DNA of 64,000 nucleotides from Tubiluchus corallicola (lineage: Eukaryota > Animalia > Priapulida). This document shows, piece by piece, positions 51,577-64,000 of this stretch; the stretch's first letter is position 1, and each line of letters opens with the position of its first letter. The stretch lies in NCBI GenBank assembly GCA_030141605.1, contig JAQGDQ010000451.1, positions 126,106-190,105 of the forward strand, in the 5' to 3' direction. The notes under the pieces were generated by a model, which did not search any database, had not been told where the DNA came from, and worked only from the letters and a program-made list of their open reading frames with translations. Made by a program: the position numbers and the translations under genes.

Positions 51577-54500
51577 TTCCACCTGTTCATCAACAGTTTA
51601 TACTTCCACCTCTTTGTCAACAGCATACGCATCCACCTCTTCCTCAGCAGTGTGCACTTCCACCTCTTCATCAACAGTGTGCACTTCCACCTCTTCATCA
51701 ACAGTGTGCACTTCCACCTCTTCATCAACAGTGTGCACTTCTACCTCTTCGTCAACAGTGTGCACTTCTACCTCTTCATCAACAGTGTGCACTTCCACCT
51801 CTTTGTCAACAGTTTATACTTCCACCTCTTCGTCAACAGTGTGCGCTTCCACCTCTTTGTCAACAGTTTATACTTCCACCTCTTCGTCAACAGCATACGC
51901 ATCCACCTCTTCGTCAGCAGTGTGCACTTCCACCTCTTCGTCAGCAGTGTGCACTTCCACCTCTTCATCAACAGTGTGCACTTCCACCTCTTCATCAACA
52001 GTGTGCACTTCCACCTCTTCATCAACAGTGTGCACTTCTACCTCTTCATCAACAGTGTGCACTTCTACCTCTTCGTCAACAGTGTGCACTTCCACCTCTT
52101 CATCAACAGTGTGCACTTCCACCTCTTCATCAACAGTGTGCACTTCCACCTCTTCGTCAGCAGTGTGCACTTCCACCTCTTCATCAACAGTGTGCACTTC
52201 CACCTCTTCATCAACAGTGTGCACTTCCACCTCTTCATCAACAGTGTGCACTTCTACCTCTTCATCAACAGTGTGCACTTCTACCTCTTCGTCAACAGTG
52301 TGCACTTCCACCTCTTCATCAACAGTGTGCACTTCCACCTCTTCATCAACAGTGTGCACTTCCACCTCTTCGTCAACAGTATGCACTTCCACCTCTTCGT
52401 CAACAGTATGCGCTTCCACCTCTTTGTCAACAGTATATGCTTCCACCTCTTCGTCAACAGTATGCACTTCCACCTCTTTGTCAACAGTATGCACTTCCAC
52501 CTCTTTGTCAACAGTATATGCTTCCACCTCTTCGTCAACAGTGTGCACTTCCACCTCTTCGTCAACAGTGTGCACTTCTACCTCTTTGTCAACAGTATGC
52601 GCTTCCACCTCTTCGTCAACAGTGTGCACTTCCACCTCTTTGTCAACAGTATGCACTTCCACCTCTTCGTCAACAGTATGCACTTCTACCTCTTCGTCAA
52701 CAGTGTGCACTTCCACCTCTTCGTCAACAGTGTGCACTTCCACCTCTTTGTCAACAGTATACGCTTCCACCTCTTTGTCAACAGTGTACGCTTCCACCTC
52801 TTTGTCAACAGTGTACGCTTCCACCTCTTCGTCAACAGTGTACGCTTCCACCTCTTCGTCAACAGTATGCACTTCAACCTCTTCGTCAACAGTATGCACT
52901 TCAACCTCTTCTTCAACAGGATGCACTTCCACCTCTTTGTCAACAGTGTGCGCTTCCACCTCTTCGTCAACAGTGTACAATTCAACCTCTTTGTCAACAG
53001 TGTGCACTTCCACCTCTTTGTCAACAGTGTGCACTTCCACCTCTTCGTCAACAGTATGCACTTCGACCTCTTTGTCAACAGTGTGCACTTCCACCTCTTC
53101 GTCAACAGTGTGCACTTCCACCTCTTTGTCAACAGTGTACGCTTCCACCTCTTCGTCAACAGTGTACAATTCAACCTCTTTGTCAACAGTGTACGCTTCC
53201 ACCTCTTCGTCAACAGTGTGCACTTCCACCTCTTCGTCAACAGTGTGCACTTCCACCTCTTTGTCAACAGTGTGCACTTCCACCTCTTCGTCAACAGTGT
53301 GCACTTCAACCTCTTTGTCAACAGTGTGCACTTCCACCTCTTCGTCAACAGTGTGCACTTCCACCTCTTTGTCAACAGTGTACGCTTCCACCTCTTCGTC
53401 AACAGTGTACAATTCAACCTCTTTGTCAACAGTGTACGCTTCCACCTCTTCGTCAACAGTGTGCACTTCCACCTCTTCCAACAACTTCCACCTCTTCGTC
53501 AACAGTTGCACTTCACCTCTTGTCAACAGTTGCACTTCACCCTGCCTTCCACCTCTTGTCAACAGTGTCCTTCCACCTCTTCGTCAACAGTGTGCACTTC
53601 CACCTCTTTGTCAACAGTGTGCACTTCCACCTCTTCGTCAGCAGTGTGCACTTCCACCTCTTCGTCAACAGTGTGCACTTCCACCTCTTTGTCAACAGTG
53701 TGCACTTCCACCTCTTCGTCAACAGTGTGCACTTCCACCTCTTTGTCAACAGTGTACGCTTCCACCTCTTCGTCAACAGTGTACAATTCAACCTCTTTGT
53801 CAACAGTGTGCCCTTCAACCTCTTCGTCAACAGTATGCACTTCCACCTCTTCGTCAACAGTGTGCACTTCCACCTCTTTGTCAACAGTGTGCACTTCCAC
53901 CTCTTCGTCAACAGTGTGCACTTCCACCTCTTCGTCAACAGTGTGCACTTCCACCTCTTCGTCAACAGTGTGCACTTCCACCTCTTTGTCAACAGTATAC
54001 GCTTCCACCTCTTTGTCAACAGTATACGCTTCCACCTCTTTGTCAACAGTGTACGCTTCCACCTCTTTGTCAACAGTGTGCACTTCCACCTCTTCGTCAA
54101 CAGTGTGCACTTCCACCTCTTCGTCAACAGTGTGCACTTCCACCTCTTCGTCAACAGTGTGCACTTCCACCTCTTTGTCAACAGTGTGCACTTCCACCTC
54201 TTCGTCAACAGTGTGCACTTCCACCTCTTCGTCAACAGTGTGCACTTCCACCTCTTCGTCAACAGTGTGCACTTCTACCTCTTTGTCAACAGTATGCGCT
54301 TCCACCTCTTCATCAACAGTATGCACTTCCACCTCTTCGTCAACAGTGTGCACTTCAACCTTTTCGTCAACAGTATGCGCTTCCACCTCTTCGTCAACAG
54401 TGTACGCTTCCACCTCTTCGTCAACAGTGTGCGCTTCCACCTCTTCGTCAACAGTATGCACTTCCACCTCTTCGTCAACAGTGTGCACTTCCACCTCTTC

Positions 54501-54672
54501 GTCAACAGTGTGCACTTCTACCTCTTTGTCAACAGTATGCGCTTCCACCTCTTTGTCAACAGTGTGCACTTCCACCTCTTCGTCAACAGTGTGTACTTCA
54601 ACCTCTTCGTCAACAGTGTGCACTTCCACCTCTTTGTCAACAGTGTACGCTTCCAACTCTTCGTCAATAGTG
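51577..54672. repeat. 27-bp minisatellite, ~114 copies
   Basis: Unit TCCACCTCTTCGTCAACAGTGTGCACT, with a degenerate patch at ~53478-53575. Source of the longest ORFs in the track (up to 1041 aa). Confidence 0.97.
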
Positions 54673-55252
54673 TCCCTATAAATCAAAGCCGAGCTTATCA
54701 AGTATTTGCAATATGCACATTGCACACTGGTTGACTTCAGTGCACTACAAGATGAAGCTAAACCTTATCAGACTGTTGCAGTATACAGGCCGAATGTATT
54801 AAACTGTTGTTCTGGAGGCATAAAGAGCAGCTTAAATAGAAGTTCTTCGCAATGTGATTTGAAAAGCATGTAGCCTGATAAGCCTTCTCAGAAATAATAA
54901 GAATGTTCTGATACTCCTGTAATAAAGCTTTCTTATCATTGTACAGAGAGGTTGTAAACAGTTCAGCTGTTCGCGACGGTATCCTCCTCTTGTGTGAACT
55001 GGTGGAAAACTTTGGATTAAATATTTGAAGTTTCGAAGCCCCAAAAAGGCCGTTTTAGTGTAAAATATAGAATAAACGGAAAGACCACACATGGCCCAGC
55101 AATAACAATACTCTGCCCTGATAAATAAGTAAATCTGTGTACTTATTTTCAAAGTTTACTACTTTAACTAGTCATAAACTGTAACACTATTTCTACTTAG
55201 AAATTCTTCACCTGTTTTGACGTCCTTTACTCCATATTTGAAACCGATTACT

Positions 55253-55530
55253 GAACGTGGCCGAGTGGTCAGGGCGTGTGTTTGGCGATCAAACTAAGAA
55301 TGGGGTCGAGGCTGGGCAATGATTTCTGACGTGGTGATCACTGTGTTCGTCTCTCGCTCTGCAGGGTTTCATTTGGCATACTGATTCTGGCTGTTCACCT
55401 CGTTCAGAGATAATGACTGAAATACCTCTGTCGATTTGGTGTCTTGTTTTTTGTAAAGTCATAGACTTAATAGTGAGATGAATTTCGGGCTGTTTACAAA
55501 CGACCACTCTGAGTAAACCCAGCCACCTTG
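55253..55530 (+). mobile_element. tRNA/5S nested-head SINE copy
   Basis: TGAACGTGGCCGAGTGGTCAGGGCGTGTGTTTGGCGATC head. Body GGCTGTTCACCTCGTTCAGAG...TGAGTAAACC aligns with the 20264 copy. Confidence 0.55.
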
Positions 55531-55724
55531 CTGGTTGCTCGATTCCGTCTCGTAGCGTGACTTGTTGCTAAAGAAAAGATACGTTCAATCAGTGCTACTT
55601 CTCATACACCTGGTCTGCTTGTCTCATTCTGGAACGTATCTCTTTGCTGTCTAGAAATCCTTTTACAAATCCATAACGTACATCTTCTATCATGAAAGTC
55701 AAAGTCTGGCAGTTACACGAGTTT

Positions 55725-56863
55725 TTAATAATGAAACTGAATTAAGTGTTAATTTAAGTGGTTTTTTACTGCAAGAAACAGGCCATAGCGACACACTGCA
55801 GGAGGAAATGCTTAATGAGATCTTGGAATTCGATTTTATATAAAGTTAAGCTCAGTTTAATGATCCCGTTAAATCACAGCATATTTTGCAAACTCTTAGT
55901 TTGTACATACACGCCAATAACCAACCTACAATAGAGTTCTACATGATTTTGAAATTGTTGAATTCTGTGTATAGTGAAAATTCATATTTGGTGACATCTC
56001 TTAGTAGTATGATACAGACTAATCATATAACTACATACTTTTTATTTGCACTTAATAACAGTACTTAAAAACAAAAAAAACAAACAAATTGTAACTAACT
56101 ATATGATTAGCCTGCACAAACACATCTTGCTACTAGGAGTACTACTAGCAAAAGTTGACACTAAATATGAATTTTCACTATGTACAGAATTAAGCAATTT
56201 CAAAATCAGTATTTATATGTATAGAACCTTATTATAGTTTGCGATTTGCGTGTATGTACAAACTAAGAGTTTGCTAAGAATGATATGATTTAATGATGTC
56301 GCCATTTTAATGAATGCAGTTTATTCAAGATCCACGTCACTTACAACATTGGTCTTCACAAGTTTTTCACATGTTATGCTTATGATACGCCATCTTCTAC
56401 AGTATGTACAGAAAATAATATAAAACATTTTAAAGTACTGTTATGTCACTCTGCCTATAGTTTAAGAAGGAAAGAATGATTGGATCAGCAAATTTTATTG
56501 TAAATTATATATTCCACCAAACTGATGTGTAATATCATAGTAGAATATTTAGAAGATGGCATGATTTATTGAAGTACTAACCGCTGGCTTCTTGACTGAT
56601 GTTTTGTATTTTTAATCTCTGTACATATTTTTGTATTGTTTTTTGTAAATTTTCGTAGTTTTTAATAGTGTAGTATTTCTTCGTTTTTAGTGTAAACTTT
56701 TAACTTTTATATGGCATTCTATGTAGTGAAATAAACTTTAAATAAACAAATGAGCTCAATTTTATGTAAAATCACATTAAAGAATTTTATCAGTCATTTC
56801 CTCCTGTAGCGTGTCTTGCAGTAAAAAAGCATTTAAACGTACCTCAGTCAGTTTATTTCTTAA
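55725..56863. mobile_element. Long foldback (palindromic) element with a probable LINE 3' end inserted in its right arm
   Basis: Arms mirror over ~300 bp (GCAAACTCTTAGTTTGTACATACACGC / GCGTGTATGTACAAACTAAGAGTTTGC; TTTTTTACTGCAAGA / TCTTGCAGTAAAAAA) around a centre near 56060. Extra sequence at ~56300-56748 ends in an AATAAA-type tail. Confidence 0.75.
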
Positions 56864-57130
56864 GACATACACAACGTAACTAATAACTCAGTAAACATTT
56901 GTTGTTATCGATTTACTAAGAGTTGTTAAATAGCTAAGCGCGGAGTGCCATCATGTAAGCTGTCAAAACCTTCTGCCACGAATCACATAATAAAATGTTT
57001 AAAATAAAATAATAATGTCTGATATTGTTCGTACCGTTGTACGAATTAAAATCCTCCTATGCGAATATCTTTTCTCTACCCAGTAACCTAACTATAGATT
57101 CTGTACACGTTCTACTGAATTTTTATTAAT

Positions 57131-58108
57131 TAAGAGAACATTGGCCAGTGACAATTAGTAAACATTATCCAGGATGTTTCTTGATTTAGCGCGTGCAAGA
57201 AGACGTGATCTGTGAAGGGAAAACACTACGTGGAACGTTCGTGCGTTATTGATCAGTAAGAGAACATTGGCCGGTGACAATTAGTAAATATTATCTAGGA
57301 TGTTTCTTGATTAGGCGCGTGCAAGAAGACGTGACCTGTGAAGGGAAAACACTACGTGGAACGTTCGTGCGTTATTGATCAGTAAGAGAACATTGACCAG
57401 TGACAATTAGTAAATATTATCTAGGATGTTTCTTGATTAGGCGCGTGCAAGAAGACGTGACCTGTGAAGGGAAAACACTACGTGGAACGTTCGTGCGTTA
57501 TTGATCAGTAAGAGAACATTGACCAGTGACAATTAGTAAACATTATCCAGGATGTTTCTTGATTTAGCGCGTGCAAGAAGACGTGACCTGTGAAGGGAAA
57601 GCACTACGTGGAACGTTCATGCGTTATTGATCAGTAAGAGAACATTGACCAGTGACAATTAGTAAACATTATCCAGGATTTTTCTTGATTTGGCGCGTGC
57701 AAGAAGACGTGACCTGTGAAGGGAAAACACTACGTGGAACGTTCGTGCGTTATTGATCAGTAAGAGAACATTGACCAGTGACAATTAGTAAACATTATCC
57801 AGGATGTTTCTTGATTTCGCGCGTGCAAGAAGACGTGACCTGTGAAGGGAAAGCACTACGTGGAACGTTCATGCGTTATTGATCAGTAAGAGAACATTGA
57901 CCAGTGACAATTAGTAAACATTATCCAGGATGTTTCTTGATTTGGCGCGTGCAAGAAGACGTGACCTGTGAAGGGAAAACACTACGTGGAACGTTCGTGC
58001 GTTATCGATCAGTAAGAGAACATTGGCCGGTGACAATTAGTAAACATTATCCAGGATGTTTCTTGATTTGGCGTGTGCAAGAAGACGTGACCTGTGAAGG
58101 GAAAACAC
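57131..58108. repeat. 126-bp minisatellite, ~7.7 copies, ending in (CA)n
   Basis: Unit starts TAAGAGAACATTG(G/A)CCAGTGACAATTAGTAAAC; period 126. Confidence 0.95.
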
Positions 58109-60609
58109 CACACACACACATGCACTCACACAAACACGCACGCACGCATACACGCACGCACGCACGCACACACACACACACACACACACAAGTAGTAGAA
58201 AATCTTGACAGATTTTAAGCGCCAATACAATAGAGGTAAATTTTAATTTAATCCAATTCTAACTTTTAAATTGTACTGTAGATTATATACAATTAGTAAA
58301 ATTGTAGCTTGTAGATAGAACAATATTCTAACAGATTAAGTGTAGCAATATGTGGCATTGGCATTCTGAAACCTCTGAGTCCATGAAATAGCATGATCAT
58401 AAGATTACCAAATCACTTGAAAAAATAAATTGCAAAGAGATAAGCAGAAAACGCACTGGTGACGTCAGAAAAAACTTGCAAAAATAGAAATGTTTCCTGT
58501 TTACAACTTGAACCAAGTTCTTTAAACACGTCGACATCTTTATGGCATTTTTAGAACCACAGAAGTTGATTGAAGCTTCAGAATAGTTTCAGTATTTGTG
58601 AAATAAATTAGATTCTTAAAGAGCTTGCTAAAAGCAGTGGACAGAGTAATATGTCAGTAGATATTACGATCATTTTACCTTGTTTTTTGATGCTAGGCAA
58701 AATAACACCAATAGACTTTCATAACACAATAACTAATAAATCCATACAACAAATAATCTTGAAGTAAGATAGTAAATAAACATACAAATAAACAACTTAG
58801 TCAGTGAATGGCTTGGTGACCACCTGGTAGCTGGTTCAATACTCGCTCTCGATAATTCCATCTGCTGTACTATCTGTGTCTGTTTACCTCACATGGCTGA
58901 GGCATCGCAACGACTTAATAAGATAAAAGTCTGGTCCTGCCACAAGCGTTTACATCAAACACGCCATACAGTTGTTAGCTGGATCCCGATTTGCAGAACG
59001 CGGAACTGTATAAGAAACACTAATACCAAATATAACTGGTTGGTTCATGCTAACAATTATGCTATTAGCAAAGCTCCATCCACTGTGTAAACTCTTCAGT
59101 CTAAAAGACTTTGCTTTGCTCATTGTCAAGCTACACAGCATTAACTCGTATGCTAAAAGGTGTTAAGTAAACCTAACCATCGATATTGAAAGAAAATTGT
59201 CGCTTACGTCACCAGAGAAGTTTGCAAACCGCCATTATTTCAGTCCACCAGAGATTTGTGGTAGTTATAGATTCAGACTAATGGGTGCAGTAGTGTTAAT
59301 ACCTGAGAAAATTGTTATCATCAGTCCAGCGAAATGACTATCCACACGTCTTATATGCAATCTACTTACACGTGCTGGCGTTGTTTTATGACTGCCATCT
59401 TTGCTGATTTGTGATCGCATCTGAAGAGAATCATGGTGCTTAGCGATCATTAAATCAAACAAGGTTAAGGTGAGAATGAATCACATGACGTAACGTAGTG
59501 ATACGTCATGAAAATACAACATCCGACAAACTTTACATAAAACTTGTTTTTTCGTTCCGAAGTTTCATGTTTACACGCTAGCTTTTAACACACAAAGCTT
59601 GTAATAGCAGTAGCATTGAGTAAAACTTGTGCATTTTTTATTCCCGCGCTGACACTCAGGCGCAGCCATTTTAACGGTCAGTTGTTGTGTAAGAAATCAC
59701 GCAATTAAGGTAGCATTGCGTAAAGTTTGAAATAATGAGCACTGCTTTGAAGAAACCAAAAAACTTGAAATTTAGTTTTAAGATTTTATTCTGAAATGCC
59801 TACATAAACAGTGAAGTAGTGTCATGTTGAAAAGCAGAGAACCAAGTGACCAGAACTACAGGTGAAATCATTTAGGTGTGAAAACAGGTTTAGAGATTAT
59901 GCATTCATAAAGACTGTAGAAGCCAATGAAAATTTAAACAGTAAAGAGGAAGATTTAACAATTTTAACAAGAACACCTGAAGGTGGCAGCATTATCCAAA
60001 AGTCAAAAACGTATGATGACAATACAACATAAATTTAAATTTAGGGTAATTAAAATGATTTTCTTCTGTCCAAGCACAGCATTCGAATCACACAAAGCAT
60101 GAATAAGTATGATTTATTTTATCTTGTCAATATGATTAATAATGTTTTTGGTGAGCCAGTGACGTTTTTTGTTGCATACTGGGATAGTGAAACAGTGACG
60201 TGTTTTCAGGCTGGCGTGAATTTATTTCAGTGACGCCCGTCTTTCAAACAGGTAAGCGTAATGCAAAGTAGTTTAGCTTTGCATGGAAACTTTTGTGCAA
60301 CCAGCTTAAACTCAATAGATTTTTCTAGCTGTAAATTTATTTGGAAGCGATGGATGCCAACCAAAAATGACAGACTGGTGTACCGATACCGAATTCTGAT
60401 CAGGCCGATTACCGATACCGAATACCAATCAATAGAAAACTACCTATTGCTAGTTTAAGGAATATTAGTACGGGATTTATAGCTGTGTAAAAACCTTCCA
60501 CTAGAGTCAAACAAGAGGTCTTATCTGATAACGTTTCTTTTATAAAGTTCATCACTCTACAAGCAGGGATATGACACTAATCTTTAGGGCCCACTTAGTG
60601 TACATGATT

Positions 60610-60780
60610 GTGGTGGAACCGGAACATAGCTCGTCGTCAAGGATGCTCCCTGTGATGACATAGAGATGTCTTAGTCACGTCCTGATGCAAGATCAATAGC
60701 TAGTTCAGTATCTTAGATGAAACCAGTCAGGTCACCCATCAATTTACTGAGCAGGCACATTGCAGCTTAATCTTGGTTAA
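60610..60780 (-). mobile_element. tRNA/5S nested-head SINE fragment
   Basis: Reverse complement reads ACCAAGATTAAGCTGCAATGTGCCTGCTCAGTAAATTGATGGGTGACC ... CCTTGA...ATGTTCCGGTTCCACCAC. Confidence 0.55.
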
Positions 60781-61486
60781 GTTTGCATTCTATATTATCC
60801 TCACCAGTTTATATAAAACTGTAATGATAGTACAGAAATCGATTATTGGTTGTTTATTACAGGTTGATTACTAGTTAAAAATTGACTTTTTATTTATTTG
60901 TTTACTTATTTATTTATTAATTCATTTATTTATTTATTTATTTAATAACTTATTTATTTGTTGATTTATTTATGAATTTATTTATTTATTTATATATATG
61001 AGGTATGACGTGTTTCGTAGATTCTCTCTACTTTCCTTATATACATAATGATGATATTAAAAAGTGAAATAGAATAGTAAATACATAAATATACGTACTA
61101 ACTAATTTTTACAGCTGAAATAACATTTTTAGGATATGCTGAAATGAGAATGAGAATTAGTTAAATAAATAAAGCAATTTTAGCTGAAAAAGGTGGTACG
61201 TAAGACTTGTATTTGTAATTTTGCTATTCTACTCCATTCTATTCTAGTCGCTGCAAGTAGTTTTTTTAAAGGCTTCTTTCTTTTCCTTGCTGTTTTCTTG
61301 ACAATATCGCAAGAATTTACGAGGTGTCAGAGTCTTTAGGGGTTTGCATGCATTCAATGTCAGTGAATGACAAGCTAATGACGGTATCAAATTTATTATC
61401 CCTCATAACGTCTGCTTCATTTCATTAGGTATCTGTATAATATATAGACATGCGTCTACATATCTCTGTGTATCTCTCATATAGAT

Positions 61487-63315
61487 GTTTAGTGCACAGA
61501 TCAAACCTGTAACCATGAACTGAGTTTAGTGCACTGACGAAACCTGTAACTATGAACTGTGTTTAGTGCACTGACCAAACCTGTAACCATGAACTGTGTT
61601 TAGTGCACAGACCAAACCTGTAACCATGAACTGTGTTTAGTGCACAGACCAAACCTGTAACCATGAACTGTGTTTAGTGCACTGACCAAACCTGTAACCA
61701 TGAACTGTGTTTAGTGCACAGATCAAACCTGTAACCGTGAACTGTGTTTAGTGCACAGACCAAACCTGTAACCATGAACTGTGTTTAGTGCACAGACCAA
61801 ACCTGTAACCATGAACTGTGTTTAGTGCACAGACCAAACCTGTAACCATGAACTGTGTTTAGTGCACAGACCAAACCTGTAACCATGAACTGTGTTTAGT
61901 GCACAGACCAAACCTGTAACCATGAACTGTGTTTAGTGCACAGACCAAACCTGTAACCATGAACTGTGTTTAGTGCACAGACCAAACCTGTAACCATGAA
62001 CTGTGTTTAGTGCACAGACCAAACCTGTAACCATGAACTGTGTTTAGTGCACAGACCAAACCTGTAACCATGAACTGTGTTTAGTGCACAGACCAAACCT
62101 GTAACCATGAACTGTGTTTAGTGCACAGACCAAACCTGTAACCATGAACTGTGTTTAGTGCACAGACCAAACCTGTAACCATGAACTGTGTTTAGTGCAC
62201 AGACCAAACCTGTAACCATGAACTGTGTTTAGTGCACAGACCAAACCTGTAACCATGAACTGTGTTTAGTGCACAGACCAAACCTGTAACCATGAACTGT
62301 GTTTAGTGCACAGACCAAACCTGTAACCATGAACTGTGTTTAGTGCACAGACCAAACCTGTAACCATGAACTGTGTTTAGTGCACAGACCAAACCTGTAA
62401 CCATGAACTGTGTTTAGTGCACAGACCAAACCTGTAACCATGAACTGTGTTTAGTGCACAGACCAAACCTGTAACCATGAACTGTGTTTAGTGCACAGAC
62501 CAAACCTGTAACCATGAACTGTGTTTAGTGCACAGACCAAACCTGTAACCATGAACTGTGTTTAGTGCACAGACCAAACCTGTAACCATGGAACTGTGTT
62601 TAGTGCACAGACCAAACCTGTAACCATGAACTGTGTTTAGTGCACAGACCAAACCTGTAACCATGAACTGTGTTTAGTGCACAGACCAAACCTGTAACCA
62701 TGGAACTGTGTTTAGTGCACAGACCAAACCTGTAACCATGAACTGTGTTTAGTGCACAGACCAAACCTGTAACCATGGAACTGTGTTTAGTGCACAGACC
62801 AAACCTGTAACCATGAACTGTGTTTAGTGCACAGACCAAACCTGTAACCATGAACTGTGTTTAGTGCACAGACCAAACCTGTAACCATGAACTGTGTTTA
62901 GTGCAGACGAAACCTGTAACCATGAACTGTGTTTAGTGCACAGACCAAACCTGTAACCATGAACTGTGTTTAGTGCACAGATCAAACCTGTAACCATGAA
63001 CTGTGTTTAGTGCACAGACCAAACCTGTAACCATGAACTGTGTTTAGTGCACAGACCAAACCTGTAACCATGAACTGTGTTTAGTGCACAGACCAAACCT
63101 GTAACCATGAACTGTGTTTAGTGCACAGACCAAACCTGTAACCATGAACTGTGTTTAGTGCACTGACCAAACCTGTAACCATGGACTATGTTTAGTGCAC
63201 AGACCAAACCTGTAACCATGAACTGTGTTTAGTGCACAGACCAAACCTGGAACCATGAACTAACTGTGTTTAGTGCACAGACCAAACCTGTAACCATGAA
63301 CTGTGTTTAGTGCAC
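61487..63315. repeat. 37-bp minisatellite, ~49 copies
   Basis: Unit GTTTAGTGCACAGACCAAACCTGTAACCATGAACTGT, highly homogeneous. Confidence 0.97.
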
Positions 63316-64000
63316 TTCCACCTCTTCATCAACAGTATGCACTTCAACCTCTTCGTCAACAGTATGCACTTCTACCTCTTTGTCAACAGTATGCACTTCC
63401 ACCTCTTCGTCAACAGTGTGCACTTCAACCTCTTCGTCAACAGTATGCACTTCCACCTCTTCGTCAACAGTGTGCACTTCCACCTCTTCATCAACAGTGT
63501 GCACTTCCACCTCTTCGTCAACAGTGTGCACTTCCACCTCTTCATCAACAGTGTGCACTTCCACCTCTTCGTCAACAGTATGCACTTCCACCTCTTCGTC
63601 AACAGTATGCACTTCCACCTCTTCATCAACAGTATGCGCTTCCACCTCTTCATCAACAGTATGCACTTCCACCTCTTCGTCAACAGTGTGCACTTCCACC
63701 TCTTCGTCAACAGTATGCACTTCCACCTCTTCGTCAACAGTGTACAATTCAACCTCTTCGTCAACAGTGTGCACTTCCACCTCTTTGTCAACAGTGTGCG
63801 CTTCCACCTCTTCGTCAACAGTGTGCACTTCCACCTCTTCGTCAACAGTATGCACTTCCACCTCTTCGTCAACAGTGTGCACTTCCACCTCTTCGTCAAC
63901 AGTGTGCACTTCCACCTCTTCGTCAACAGTGTGCACTTCCACCTCTTCATCAACAGTGTGCACTTCCACCTCTTCGTCAACAGTGTGCACTTCTACCTCT
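63310..64000. repeat. Second array of the 27-bp minisatellite (runs off window)
   Basis: Same unit as 51577-54672; begins at a GTGCAC shared with the last 37-bp unit. Confidence 0.97.

Noticed and set aside
51556-54734. Very long ORFs (1041, 1018, 765, 564, 388 aa) resembling mucin-like or acidic repeat proteins
   Set aside because: The 27-bp unit lacks stops in five of six frames, so ORFs overlap on both strands. The frame shifts mid-array, and there is no credible start, splice context or unique domain.
61487-63315. CRISPR-like regular 37-bp repeats (also the 32-, 35- and 52-bp arrays)
   Set aside because: The units are head-to-tail with no unique spacers, there are no cas genes, and the context is eukaryotic and intronic.

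Overview
This is AT-rich, intron-containing animal genomic DNA, probably from a marine invertebrate; the taxon cannot be fixed from the sequence. Two protein-coding genes are supported, both on the + strand. The first is the last four coding exons of an RSL1D1 (ribosomal L1 domain) gene at 1-5088, spliced by hand with consistent intron phases. The second is the first coding exon of a secreted MOLO-1/TPM-domain family gene at 20928-21192; I found no further exon, so the remaining ~43 kb is probably one large intron. The rest is repeat-derived: Kolobok-like (TTAA), piggyBac-like, Tc1/pogo-like and hAT-like non-autonomous DNA elements, decayed LINE reverse-transcriptase fragments, foldback palindromes, a ~2.35 kb near-identical tandem duplication, many microsatellites and about ten complex-unit minisatellites. 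Nearly all long ORFs in the supplied track are repeat artefacts. The most unusual signals are four: (1) a SINE family in which the 5S rRNA internal control region sits nested between a tRNA A box and B box; (2) a dispersed element whose two inverted arms each carry an outward-facing tRNA-like gene; (3) minisatellites expanded in place from LINE RT coding motifs; (4) a switch between two satellites at a shared GTGCAC, which predicts a larger duplication beyond the window. All alignments were done by eye, and repeat boundaries are approximate unless a target-site duplication (TSD) is given.
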